Shown here piece by piece: positions 8,068 through 17,043 of a DNA stretch of 32,000 nt. The position numbers and the translations under genes were made by a program. The notes beneath the pieces were generated by a model, which was given only the letters and a program-made list of their open reading frames with translations, was not told the DNA's origin and ran no database searches. Each line of letters starts with the position of its first letter. The stretch's first letter is position 1. Origin of the DNA: Synechocystis sp. PCC 6803 substr. PCC-P (lineage in GTDB: Bacteria; Cyanobacteriota; Cyanobacteriia; Cyanobacteriales; Microcystaceae). The DNA is taken from positions 780,001 through 812,000 of the forward strand of contig NC_017039.1 of NCBI RefSeq assembly GCF_000284455.1. The letters are read 5' to 3'.

Positions 8068-10661
8068 TTACTACTAGCAAGCATCAACGTCAGGCGATGA
8101 ATTTGACCTAACTGCATATTAACCCCACTCACTTGCTCAAACAAATATGCTAAATTACGGGGTTGTAGCTGGGTGCCATCATTGCGGCAAGTTCCCATGT
8201 AATCAACAGTAACTCCTTCTGATGTCATTGCAAGGATAGATAAATCAAGCAACTGTTCCCGTAAATTAAGGGTGACTTTTTTGCCCCGTTTGGTTGTTTT
8301 TTCCCACAATATTTCTTCTTGAGCAAGAATTTCTTCCGTCCAGGTTTGCCATTGGGTTAATGTCACCGGTTCTTCAGTAATTAATTGCACTTGGTAACGG
8401 GCTTGGGCCAATAATTGCGTCACCGCTGGGGATTTGGGATCCACTTCTTCCACTTGGTAAACAGGTAAATCTACTGGTAAAACGGCGGCTAAGCGTTGGC
8501 GAAATTCCCCTGGGTCGAGCATTTCTGTGAGGTCAAAATCGACTATTTCCCCGCTACTACTGGAGCCCAAAGGTAAGGCATTGGCAATGGAAATACGGGG
8601 TCCAGGATGGAATCCTCCGGTGAAGGCAATGGGCAAACCTGTGCGACGCATAGCTCGATCAAATAGTCGCACTAGGTCGAGATGACTCACCAAAGCCATG
8701 GAATTTTGCTTGCCAAACCAGACTCTTAGGCGCTGTACCCGGTTAGTGTTGGGTTTAAAGTCCCCATCAAAAACTGGAATAGAGGGCACCGGAGCAATAA
8801 TATTGTGACCAAAATCCACCCCACACACGCCGCAATGGGAGCAACCGTCAAAGGAACAGTCGGGAACGGTGGCCGCTTCTAGGGCGTTAAATAAGTCATT
8901 TTTGAGCCAAGTTTTATCAATGCCGGTATCGAGGTGGTCCCAGGGTAGGGGAGCATCATAGACATTTTCATCGGGGGTATCCCCATGGAAAATATTCCAT
9001 TCTCCGTCTTCTACAAGGCGATATTTCCAGGTTAAATCCGCTTCGTCGATCGCCTGGGCCCAGGCCCCATAGGCTTTGTCCAAACTTTCCCACCAGGCAT
9101 CCATTCCTGCTCCCAATTCCCAGGCACGACGTACCACTTGCCCCAAACGGCGATCGCCTCGACCGACAAAGTCTTCCATGGCGGAAATGCGGACATCGGT
9201 ATAATTCACTTTCACTCCTCGCACCCCTTTAAAAGCCTGTCGCAGTAAATCCTGTTTGCGGCGGAACTCACTGGTAGAAACAGAATGCCATTGAAAAGGG
9301 GTATGGGGTTTGGGGGTGAAATTGGAAATGGTCAGATTAAAATTTAAAGCTCGACGCTGGGGTAAACGACATTCTTGGCGCAACCATTGCACCGTTTCCA
9401 CAATACCTAGAACGTCCACATCGGTTTCCCCCGGCAAGCCAATCATGAAATAAAGTTTGACCTTATCCCAACCCTGTTCCACCGCGGTTTTAATTCCCCG
9501 CAATAATTCTTCGTTGGTCAACCCCTTGTTAATCACATCCCGCAACCTTTGGGTGCCTGCCTCTGGAGCAAAAGTTAAACTTCCCTGTCTAGTGCCGCCA
9601 AGAATGTTGGCAATATTTTCATCAAAACGATCCACCCTTTGGCTGGGCAAAGTGAGGGCAATATTTTCATTTTTGAGGCGATTTCTGATTTCCAATCCCA
9701 CCGCTGGTAAAGCTAAATAATCGGAACAACTGAGGGAAAGCAAAGAAAATTCGTTATAACCCGTTTGTCGAATACCTGTTTCAATGGCATCAATCACTGC
9801 TTCCGGCTCCACATCCCTGGCCGGACGGGTCAACATTCCCGGTTGGCAAAAACGACAGCCCCTAGTACAGCCCCGACGAATTTCCACCGTCAGGCGATCG
9901 TGAACAGTTTCAATCAAAGGTACCAAGCCAATGGAGTAAGCAGGGATGGGGGTGGCCACCCGGCGCATAATGCGTTTGGGCACATCGTCCCGATTAGGAT
10001 GTACGGAACCATCATTGGCCATGTCATAAAAGCGGGGCACATAAACCCCTGGCACTTGGGCTAAATCAAGTAATAAATTTTCTTTGCTTAATCCCTGAAG
10101 TTTCCCTTCTTCTAGTACCAAGCCAATTTCTGGTAACAATTCTTCCCCGTCCCCCAGGGCAATGAAATCGAAAAAGTCGGCATAGGGTTCGGGATTAGAA
10201 GTGGCAGTTTGTCCCCCGGCAAAAATCAGTGGATAATCCCCCTCTTTTCTTTCCTGCCAAGTGAGGGGAATATGGGCCAATTCCAACATTTCCAAAATAT
10301 TAGTGGCTCCCAATTCGTAGCTCAAACTAAAGCCTAAAATGTCGAATTCTGGTAAGTAACGACGGGATTCCAAGGAGAATAAGGGCGTATTTGTTTCTCG
10401 CAGTTTTGTTGCCAAGTCGGCGGCGGGGAGATAGGTGCGATCGCACAATTGCCTGGGTTGGGCATTGATGATGTTGTAGAGCAAAATATGCCCCAGGTTG
10501 GAGGCTCCCAGCTCATAAACTTCGGGATAGGTCAATACCCAGCGCACCGTAGCACTTTTCCATTCCTTGTGCACTGTCCCCAATTCGTTGCCTAGATACC
10601 GGGCGGGCTTATGGATCTCGGCATTAATCAGGGTTTCTACGGGCACTGGCATGGTTTTCAC
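8064..10661 (-). CDS. Uncharacterised radical-SAM protein: B12-binding-like/radical-SAM N-terminal part fused to a DUF2344-type 'radical SAM-linked' C-terminal part
   Basis: 865-aa ORF with the radical-SAM triad in RRGCTRGCRFCQPG. A second Cys cluster, PDCSFDGCSHCGVCG, follows the core. The C-terminal ~230 aa (RVWFGKQNSMALVSHLDLVRLFDRAMRRTGLPIAFTGGFHP) resemble the separately encoded radical-SAM-linked protein family. Confidence 0.85.
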   Translation of the reverse strand: MKTMPVPVETLINAEIHKPARYLGNELGTVHKEWKSATVRWVLTYPEVYELGASNLGHILLYNIINAQPRQLCDRTYLPAADLATKLRETNTPLFSLESRRYLPEFDILGFSLSYELGATNILEMLELAHIPLTWQERKEGDYPLIFAGGQTATSNPEPYADFFDFIALGDGEELLPEIGLVLEEGKLQGLSKENLLLDLAQVPGVYVPRFYDMANDGSVHPNRDDVPKRIMRRVATPIPAYSIGLVPLIETVHDRLTVEIRRGCTRGCRFCQPGMLTRPARDVEPEAVIDAIETGIRQTGYNEFSLLSLSCSDYLALPAVGLEIRNRLKNENIALTLPSQRVDRFDENIANILGGTRQGSLTFAPEAGTQRLRDVINKGLTNEELLRGIKTAVEQGWDKVKLYFMIGLPGETDVDVLGIVETVQWLRQECRLPQRRALNFNLTISNFTPKPHTPFQWHSVSTSEFRRKQDLLRQAFKGVRGVKVNYTDVRISAMEDFVGRGDRRLGQVVRRAWELGAGMDAWWESLDKAYGAWAQAIDEADLTWKYRLVEDGEWNIFHGDTPDENVYDAPLPWDHLDTGIDKTWLKNDLFNALEAATVPDCSFDGCSHCGVCGVDFGHNIIAPVPSIPVFDGDFKPNTNRVQRLRVWFGKQNSMALVSHLDLVRLFDRAMRRTGLPIAFTGGFHPGPRISIANALPLGSSSSGEIVDFDLTEMLDPGEFRQRLAAVLPVDLPVYQVEEVDPKSPAVTQLLAQARYQVQLITEEPVTLTQWQTWTEEILAQEEILWEKTTKRGKKVTLNLREQLLDLSILAMTSEGVTVDYMGTCRNDGTQLQPRNLAYLFEQVSGVNMQLGQIHRLTLMLASSN

Positions 10662-10973
10662 TTTGGCGTTGGGCAGTTACCCATTATCGCACGGAGCTTT
10701 GGGGGAATAGTCTGCTACCAGTTTTGAGAACCAGGATTAGGGAGGGATTAGCAACAGAAAACATTCGTTGCTGCAGGGGTAGAAATCCCCTTTATCAGCG
10801 AAGACAATGATTGCCATAGAACAAATTTATCATAAAAACAGGCACAGAAGGAGACGGCAAGATTGTTAAAGAACTCTGAAGAATTTGGCTGGAGCTTGAC
10901 CCCGCTCTGGAGAATTGCTTTACCCTGTAGGGGATTGTAATTTTTGTTGTTTTCCGAGAGATAGAGGTTTGCT

Positions 10974-11972
10974 GTGAAAATTCCCGGTAGTGTCATAACC
11001 CTTCTCATCGGCGTTGTGATCACAGTTGTTAGTTTATGGTACGGACAGAATCATGGTCTGATGCCCGTGGCTGCCTCCGCCGATGCAGAAAAGGTGGATG
11101 GCATTTTTAACTACATGATGACCATTGCCACAGGATTATTCCTCTTGGTAGAAGGAGTTTTGGTTTATTGCCTGATCCGCTTTCGCCGACGCAAAGACGA
11201 CCAAACCGATGGTCCACCCATAGAAGGTAACGTGCCCCTGGAAATTCTCTGGACTGCCATCCCTACGGTGATTGTTTTTACCTTGGCGGTGTATAGCTTT
11301 GAGGTGTACAACAACCTGGGCGGTTTGGATCCAACCATTTCTAGGGATAATGCCGGTCAGCAGATGGCCCATAACCACATGGGACATATGGGGAGCATGG
11401 GGAATATGGTGGCTATGGCTGGGGACGGAGATGTTGCCCTGGGCATTGGTTTAGATAGCGAAGAACAAGGAGTCAACCCCCTGATGGTAGATGTGAAGGG
11501 AATTCAGTATGCGTGGATTTTCACCTATCCCGAAACGGGGATTATTTCCGGCGAACTGCACGCCCCCATCGATCGCCCGGTGCAATTGAACATGGAAGCC
11601 GGGGATGTGATCCATGCCTTTTGGATTCCCCAATTACGGTTAAAGCAGGATGTGATTCCGGGGCGGGGCAGTACCTTGGTGTTTAATGCCAGCACCCCTG
11701 GGCAGTATCCGGTTATCTGTGCTGAGTTGTGTGGTGCTTACCATGGGGGCATGAAATCGGTCTTCTACGCCCATACCCCCGAAGAGTATGACGACTGGGT
11801 GGCGGCCAATGCTCCGGCTCCAACGGAATCCATGGCAATGACATTGCCCAAAGCGACCACCGCCATGACCCCCAACGAATATTTAGCCCCCTATGCGAAA
11901 GAAATGGGAGTACAAACTGAAGCTTTAGCCCAATTAAAAGATCAAACCTCTCCGGTTGGAGATCTACTCTGA
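10974..11972 (+). CDS. ctaC: Cytochrome c oxidase subunit II
   Basis: GTG start with GAGG 6 nt upstream. It has two N-terminal TM helices and the CuA site HAFWIP...CAELCGAYHGGM. It is followed directly by ctaD and ctaE. Confidence 0.93.
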   Translation: MKIPGSVITLLIGVVITVVSLWYGQNHGLMPVAASADAEKVDGIFNYMMTIATGLFLLVEGVLVYCLIRFRRRKDDQTDGPPIEGNVPLEILWTAIPTVIVFTLAVYSFEVYNNLGGLDPTISRDNAGQQMAHNHMGHMGSMGNMVAMAGDGDVALGIGLDSEEQGVNPLMVDVKGIQYAWIFTYPETGIISGELHAPIDRPVQLNMEAGDVIHAFWIPQLRLKQDVIPGRGSTLVFNASTPGQYPVICAELCGAYHGGMKSVFYAHTPEEYDDWVAANAPAPTESMAMTLPKATTAMTPNEYLAPYAKEMGVQTEALAQLKDQTSPVGDLL

Positions 11973-12060
11973 TTTGGTTGGAACACCTAACCTTGAGTCG
12001 TACTGGTCAGTTTTGCTTTAAAACCCTGTAAATTTTGACAAATTTGGTAGAAAACTTTTT

Positions 12061-13716
12061 ATGACTATTGCCGCTGAGAATCTAACGGCTAATCATCCCC
12101 GCCGCAAATGGACGGATTACTTTACCTTTTGCGTTGACCATAAGGTGATTGGCATCCAATATCTAGTTACGTCTTTCCTCTTCTTTTTCATTGGCGGTTC
12201 CTTTGCGGAAGCCATGCGGACGGAATTAGCCACTCCATCCCCGGATTTTGTCCAGCCGGAAATGTATAACCAACTGATGACCCTCCACGGCACGATTATG
12301 ATCTTTCTGTGGATTGTGCCGGCAGGGGCGGCCTTTGCCAACTATCTCATTCCCCTCATGGTGGGCACAGAGGATATGGCTTTTCCTCGCCTCAATGCCG
12401 TTGCTTTTTGGCTAACTCCACCGGGGGGCATTTTGCTTATTTCCAGCTTTTTTGTGGGGGCACCCCAGGCAGGCTGGACTTCCTATCCACCTTTGAGTTT
12501 GCTGAGTGGTAAATGGGGAGAAGAACTGTGGATTTTGAGTTTGCTGTTGGTGGGGACCTCCTCCATTCTGGGGGCGATTAATTTTGTTACCACCATTTTG
12601 AAGATGCGTATCAAGGACATGGATTTGCACAGTATGCCCCTGTTTTGCTGGGCTATGCTGGCCACCTCTTCTTTGATTTTGCTTTCCACCCCAGTGTTAG
12701 CATCCGCTCTGATTCTGCTTTCCTTTGACCTGATTGCCGGCACTAGCTTCTTTAACCCAGTGGGGGGGGGAGACCCGGTGGTTTACCAGCATTTATTCTG
12801 GTTTTACTCCCATCCGGCGGTGTACATCATGATTTTGCCCTTTTTTGGCGTAATCTCTGAGGTCATTCCTGTCCACGCCCGCAAACCCATCTTTGGCTAC
12901 CGGGCGATCGCCTATTCGAGTTTGGCCATTAGCTTTCTGGGCTTGATTGTCTGGGCCCACCATATGTTCACCAGCGGTACCCCCGGTTGGTTACGGATGT
13001 TCTTCATGGCTACCACCATGTTGATTGCTGTGCCCACGGGGATCAAAATTTTCAGTTGGTGCGGTACCCTCTGGGGCGGCAAAATTCAACTCAACTCCGC
13101 CATGTTGTTTGCCTTTGGTTTCCTATCTAGCTTCATGATTGGTGGGCTAACCGGGGTAATGGTGGCGTCTGTTCCGTTCGATATCCATGTCCACGACACC
13201 TATTTTGTGGTGGGACACTTCCATTACGTGCTCTTTGGTGGCAGCGCCTTTGCTTTATTTTCTGGGGTTTACCACTGGTTCCCGAAAATGACTGGCCGCA
13301 TGGTCAATGAGCCCCTGGGTCGTCTTCACTTCATCCTCACTTTTATCGGCATGAATTTAACCTTTATGCCCATGCATGAGTTGGGGTTAATGGGAATGAA
13401 CCGCCGCATTGCCCTCTACGACGTTGAATTTCAACCCCTAAACGTTTTGAGCACCATTGGAGCCTACGTTTTAGCCGCTTCCACCATTCCTTTTGTCATC
13501 AACGTTTTTTGGAGTTTGTTTAAGGGGGAAAAGGCGGCCCGGAATCCTTGGCGAGCTCTGACCCTAGAATGGCAAACGGCCTCTCCTCCTATTATTGAAA
13601 ACTTTGAAGAAGAACCAGTGCTCTGGTGTGGTCCCTACGATTTTGGTATTGACACGGAGTTAATGGATGACGAAGAAACAGTCCAAACCCTAATTGCCGA
13701 TGCGGCAGGAAGTTAG
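12061..13716 (+). CDS. ctaD: Cytochrome c oxidase subunit I
   Basis: 551 aa and polytopic. It has heme-copper oxidase motifs: GGGDPVVYQHLFWFYSHPAVY, WAHHMFT and GHFHYVLFGG. Confidence 0.97.
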   Translation: MTIAAENLTANHPRRKWTDYFTFCVDHKVIGIQYLVTSFLFFFIGGSFAEAMRTELATPSPDFVQPEMYNQLMTLHGTIMIFLWIVPAGAAFANYLIPLMVGTEDMAFPRLNAVAFWLTPPGGILLISSFFVGAPQAGWTSYPPLSLLSGKWGEELWILSLLLVGTSSILGAINFVTTILKMRIKDMDLHSMPLFCWAMLATSSLILLSTPVLASALILLSFDLIAGTSFFNPVGGGDPVVYQHLFWFYSHPAVYIMILPFFGVISEVIPVHARKPIFGYRAIAYSSLAISFLGLIVWAHHMFTSGTPGWLRMFFMATTMLIAVPTGIKIFSWCGTLWGGKIQLNSAMLFAFGFLSSFMIGGLTGVMVASVPFDIHVHDTYFVVGHFHYVLFGGSAFALFSGVYHWFPKMTGRMVNEPLGRLHFILTFIGMNLTFMPMHELGLMGMNRRIALYDVEFQPLNVLSTIGAYVLAASTIPFVINVFWSLFKGEKAARNPWRALTLEWQTASPPIIENFEEEPVLWCGPYDFGIDTELMDDEETVQTLIADAAGS

Positions 13717-13850
13717 TTTCTTTAACTTTCTGTGCTTAGGGGGATGGCTAGCTTAATGACCTAATGACCTCCCCCATGGGCCCGACCGCCAGAGATTTTT
13801 GGCAAAATTCTAGAAATTCAGCAACGATCCAGCGATTAATTGTCAGTCCT

Positions 13851-14465
13851 ATGCAAACCACTGCCCTTAGCTCCGATTTAAACAGTACCTATACCCCAGG
13901 GGAAGCCCACGGCCACCATGGTCACCCCGATCTACGAATGTTTGGAGTTGTCCTGTTCCTGGTGGCGGAAAGTGCCATTTTTTTGGGTCTGTTCACCGCC
14001 TATCTGATTTATCGCAGTGTGATGCCTGCCTGGCCTCCTGAGGGCACACCAGAGTTAGAATTACTCCTGCCAGGGGTCAACAGTATTATTCTGATTTCCA
14101 GTAGCTTTGTCATGCACAAAGGTCAAGCCGCCATTCGTAATAATGACAATGCCGGGTTGCAAAAATGGTTTGGCATTACTGCCGCCATGGGTATTATCTT
14201 TTTAGCTGGTCAGATGTATGAATATTTCCACCTGGAAATGGGGCTAACTACCAATTTATTTGCCAGTTGCTTTTATGTGCTCACGGGCTTTCACGGGCTC
14301 CATGTTACTTTTGGATTGCTATTAATCCTTTCTGTGCTCTGGCGATCACGGCAACCGGGCCATTACTCCCGCACATCCCATTTCGGGGTAGAAGCGGCGG
14401 AATTGTACTGGCATTTCGTCGATGTGGTCTGGATTGTTTTGTTTATTTTGGTTTACTTACTGTGA
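13851..14465 (+). CDS. ctaE: Cytochrome c oxidase subunit III
   Basis: The ORF is open from 13764. Subunit III homologues begin near MQTTALSS...HGHHGHPDLRMFG, so I place the start at ATG 13851. HWHFVDVVWI is the conserved subunit III C-terminal motif. Confidence 0.88.
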   Translation: MQTTALSSDLNSTYTPGEAHGHHGHPDLRMFGVVLFLVAESAIFLGLFTAYLIYRSVMPAWPPEGTPELELLLPGVNSIILISSSFVMHKGQAAIRNNDNAGLQKWFGITAAMGIIFLAGQMYEYFHLEMGLTTNLFASCFYVLTGFHGLHVTFGLLLILSVLWRSRQPGHYSRTSHFGVEAAELYWHFVDVVWIVLFILVYLL

Positions 14466-14616
14466 TGGAAAGACCTTGGGCGTTAGGGCAAACCTACCTT
14501 GTGATGGGTTAATTTCGTGGGATGATAGAGAGTCGGGTTGGCATTCCCTAGTCCTTCCATTGCCCAACTGAATAGCCCAAACCCCTAAGTAATCAAAAGA
14601 GTTCTTGACCATTACC

Positions 14617-14946
14617 ATGAGTTTACTGGAAATCACCGACGCTGAATTTGAGCAGGAAACCCAAGGGCAAACTAAGCCTGTGTTGGTTTATTTTTGGGCT
14701 TCCTGGTGTGGCCCTTGTCGGTTGATGGCCCCTGCTATCCAGGCGATCGCCAAGGATTATGGTGATAAGCTCAAAGTGCTCAAGTTGGAAGTGGATCCCA
14801 ACCCTGCCGCCGTAGCCCAATGCAAAGTGGAAGGGGTACCAGCGCTGCGTTTGTTCAAAAATAATGAGCTAGTGATGACCCACGAAGGGGCGATCGCCAA
14901 ACCCAAATTACTGGAGTTACTGAAAGAGGAATTGGATTTTATTTAA
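14617..14946 (+). CDS. trxA: Thioredoxin (I recall the thioredoxin next to the cta operon in Synechocystis being the x-type, slr1139)
   Basis: It has the WCGPC active site. I use the ATG at 14617 (MSLLEITDAEF...), giving 109 aa, rather than the upstream TTG of the ORF track. Confidence 0.9.
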   Translation: MSLLEITDAEFEQETQGQTKPVLVYFWASWCGPCRLMAPAIQAIAKDYGDKLKVLKLEVDPNPAAVAQCKVEGVPALRLFKNNELVMTHEGAIAKPKLLELLKEELDFI

Positions 14947-15018
14947 GACGGTGCTGATTGCCGAAAGCATTCCCTAAACTGACCAGAGCTATTTGTTTAT
15001 AATCCTTTCTCTCTAACC

Positions 15019-16155
15019 ATGGCCGCCGCAATTAAACCTTTTTACTTCGACATTAGCGACGACGAAATTGAATTTTTTCTGGATGAGGCCAGGCAAATCC
15101 TCAAATCCGGCACTTTGATTTTGGGAAACCACACCCAGGAGTTTGAACGGGGCTTTGCGGAATTTGTTGGTACCAAAAACGCTATTTCGGTTAATAGCGG
15201 CACCTCTGGGCTGGAAATTCTCTTGCGGTTGAAGCAGGCGGAAAATACCACTGTTCTTGTGCCCACCAACACAAATTTTGCCACCGTTGCTTCTGTGTTG
15301 CGGGTAAACAGTGATGTGCAATATTTGGACATGGACCCCAAAACCTTTGCCCCTTCCCTAGCCATGGTTAAGGAAGCGGTCGAAGGCAAAAGTTACCCCA
15401 AACCTTTGTCCGGTGTTTTTTGGGTGCATATCGGCGGCGTAATTTCCCCCGAATTCCCCGCAGTGGTGGATTATTGCCATGGCAAAGGCCTCTACGTTTG
15501 GGAAGATACGGCCCACGCCCACGGCAGTCAACTCCAAGGTAAACAGGCGGGCAACTTAGCTGATGGCGCTTCCTTTTCCTTTTTCCCCACCAAAGTAATG
15601 ACCACCTTTGAAGGCGGCATGGTCACCCTCAATGATGACGAAGAAGATACCATTGCCCGTTCATTGCGAAACCAGGGAAAACGGGGCATGAATTTTGGTG
15701 GTCTGCATACGGACTTTGGCAACAGCACCCGCATGACGGAAATCCACGCTTTGTTGGGACAAATTCACCTGGCCAAGTTAGAGAGAATGTTGGCCACCAG
15801 ACAAAAGGCCTACGAACTAATCACAACCCCCCTCAGGGAAGCGGGCATTGAGTTTGTTTCCACTGACCACATGGACAGGGCCAGTCAATACAAACTGATG
15901 GTGTTGTTACCGGAAGGCAAAACCCCGGCCCAAATGAAAGAAGCTCTGGCGGCAGAGGAAATTTATTTGGGAGGGACAGTGTACGAAATTCCCTGCCATT
16001 TACAACCGGTGTTTAAAGATGTTTGTCCTGGGCAATCTTTTCCCAATGCAGAAACCTGGTGTCCCCGTCACATTTGTCCCCCTTTAACCTCCGGTACTAC
16101 TCCAGAGGAAGCGACCCGGGTCGGGGAAGCGTTAGTTCGCCATTTGCAGTCCTAG
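15019..16155 (+). CDS. DegT/DnrJ/EryC1/StrS-family PLP-dependent aminotransferase
   Basis: 378 aa. Family-typical segments are FEREFAEF-like GFAEFVGTKNAISVNSGTSGLEI, DTAHAHGS and the PLP-lysine region SFSFFPTKVMTTFEGGMV. Confidence 0.85.
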   Translation: MAAAIKPFYFDISDDEIEFFLDEARQILKSGTLILGNHTQEFERGFAEFVGTKNAISVNSGTSGLEILLRLKQAENTTVLVPTNTNFATVASVLRVNSDVQYLDMDPKTFAPSLAMVKEAVEGKSYPKPLSGVFWVHIGGVISPEFPAVVDYCHGKGLYVWEDTAHAHGSQLQGKQAGNLADGASFSFFPTKVMTTFEGGMVTLNDDEEDTIARSLRNQGKRGMNFGGLHTDFGNSTRMTEIHALLGQIHLAKLERMLATRQKAYELITTPLREAGIEFVSTDHMDRASQYKLMVLLPEGKTPAQMKEALAAEEIYLGGTVYEIPCHLQPVFKDVCPGQSFPNAETWCPRHICPPLTSGTTPEEATRVGEALVRHLQS

Positions 16156-16186
16156 ATTTCTTATTCAGGAATATTCTGCCCCAATT

Positions 16187-16987
16187 TTAGCTAGCGATCG
16201 CCTCCGTTTCTTCCGTTTCCCTACCCCTCAATAGGCTAGAAATTTCATCGCTATATTTAAAAAACTCTGGTTCCCGCTTAATTTTATAGGTCCGATTTTT
16301 CGGAGTTTCTTCATCCCCCGGCAGATTAATGGTTAATTCCCGCTGAATAGTGCCGGGACGGGAACTCAACACATAAACCCGTTGGGCCAGAAATACGGCT
16401 TCCTCCACGTCATGGGTAATCATCAAAATGCTACATTGCAGTCTTTGCCAAATATCAATCAGATATTCATGCATCCTTTCCTTGGTTTGAATATCTAAAG
16501 CGCCAAAGGGTTCATCCATTAATAAGACTTTTGGATGGCAAGCCAAAGACCTGGCGATCGCCACCCGTTGTTTCATGCCACCGGACAATTCCCTGGGATA
16601 AGCTTCAGAAAAATTAATTAGCCCCACCACGTCCAGATAATAACTAGCGGTGTCAAAGCGTTCCTTTTGGGAGCAACCTTGGAGTTTGAGACCAAATTCT
16701 ACATTTTGCCGCACAGTCATCCAGGGAAAAAGACTGTAATGTTGGAAAACCATACCCCGGTCAGCCCCTGGTCCCGTCACCCTTTGTCCATCCACATTAA
16801 TGGTGCCGGAAGTCGGAGTATCCAAACCAGCAATTAACCTCAAAAGGGTCGATTTTCCGGAACCAGAAGCCCCCACTGCACACACAAATTCCCCGGTTTC
16901 AATGTGCATATTGATGTTTTTTAGAGCTACCACTGACCCCCGTTTGCCGACAAACACCCGATTTAAATCAGTTATTTCTAGATGCAT
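16187..16987 (-). CDS. ABC transporter ATP-binding protein (NitT/TauT family); last gene of the riboswitch-led operon
   Basis: Walker A GASGSGKST, ABC signature LSGGMKQRVAIARSL, Walker B LLMDEPFGALD and H-loop ITHD. Confidence 0.92.
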   Translation of the reverse strand: MHLEITDLNRVFVGKRGSVVALKNINMHIETGEFVCAVGASGSGKSTLLRLIAGLDTPTSGTINVDGQRVTGPGADRGMVFQHYSLFPWMTVRQNVEFGLKLQGCSQKERFDTASYYLDVVGLINFSEAYPRELSGGMKQRVAIARSLACHPKVLLMDEPFGALDIQTKERMHEYLIDIWQRLQCSILMITHDVEEAVFLAQRVYVLSSRPGTIQRELTINLPGDEETPKNRTYKIKREPEFFKYSDEISSLLRGRETEETEAIAS

Positions 16988-17043
16988 GGTTTTTATTATT
17001 TACAATTAATTTAATAGTTTTGTAATGATGGAAAAAATCTGAC

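Noticed and set aside
10750-10791. Two adjacent small hairpins (AGCAAC..GTTGCT and AGGGG..CCCCT followed by TTAT) upstream of ctaC
   Set aside because: The stems are only 5-6 bp and the T-tract is short. No gene ends nearby on the plus strand, so a terminator role is unsupported. They could be part of the cta 5' UTR, but I cannot show function.
10748-11023. 91-aa minus-strand ORF across the ctaC start and upstream region
   Set aside because: It runs antisense into the ctaC start codon and the peptide has no recognisable features. The region is better explained as the cta promoter and 5' UTR.
13754-13769. Tandem octamer TAATGACC TAATGACC containing the first ATG of the long ctaE ORF
   Set aside because: There are only two copies. 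It is relevant only as a reason to distrust the 13764 start, and I use ATG 13851 based on subunit III N-termini.
15042-15389. 115-aa minus-strand ORF inside the DegT-family gene (and a 102-aa ORF at 15013-15321)
   Set aside because: Both are antisense to a gene with clear family motifs and have no features of their own.
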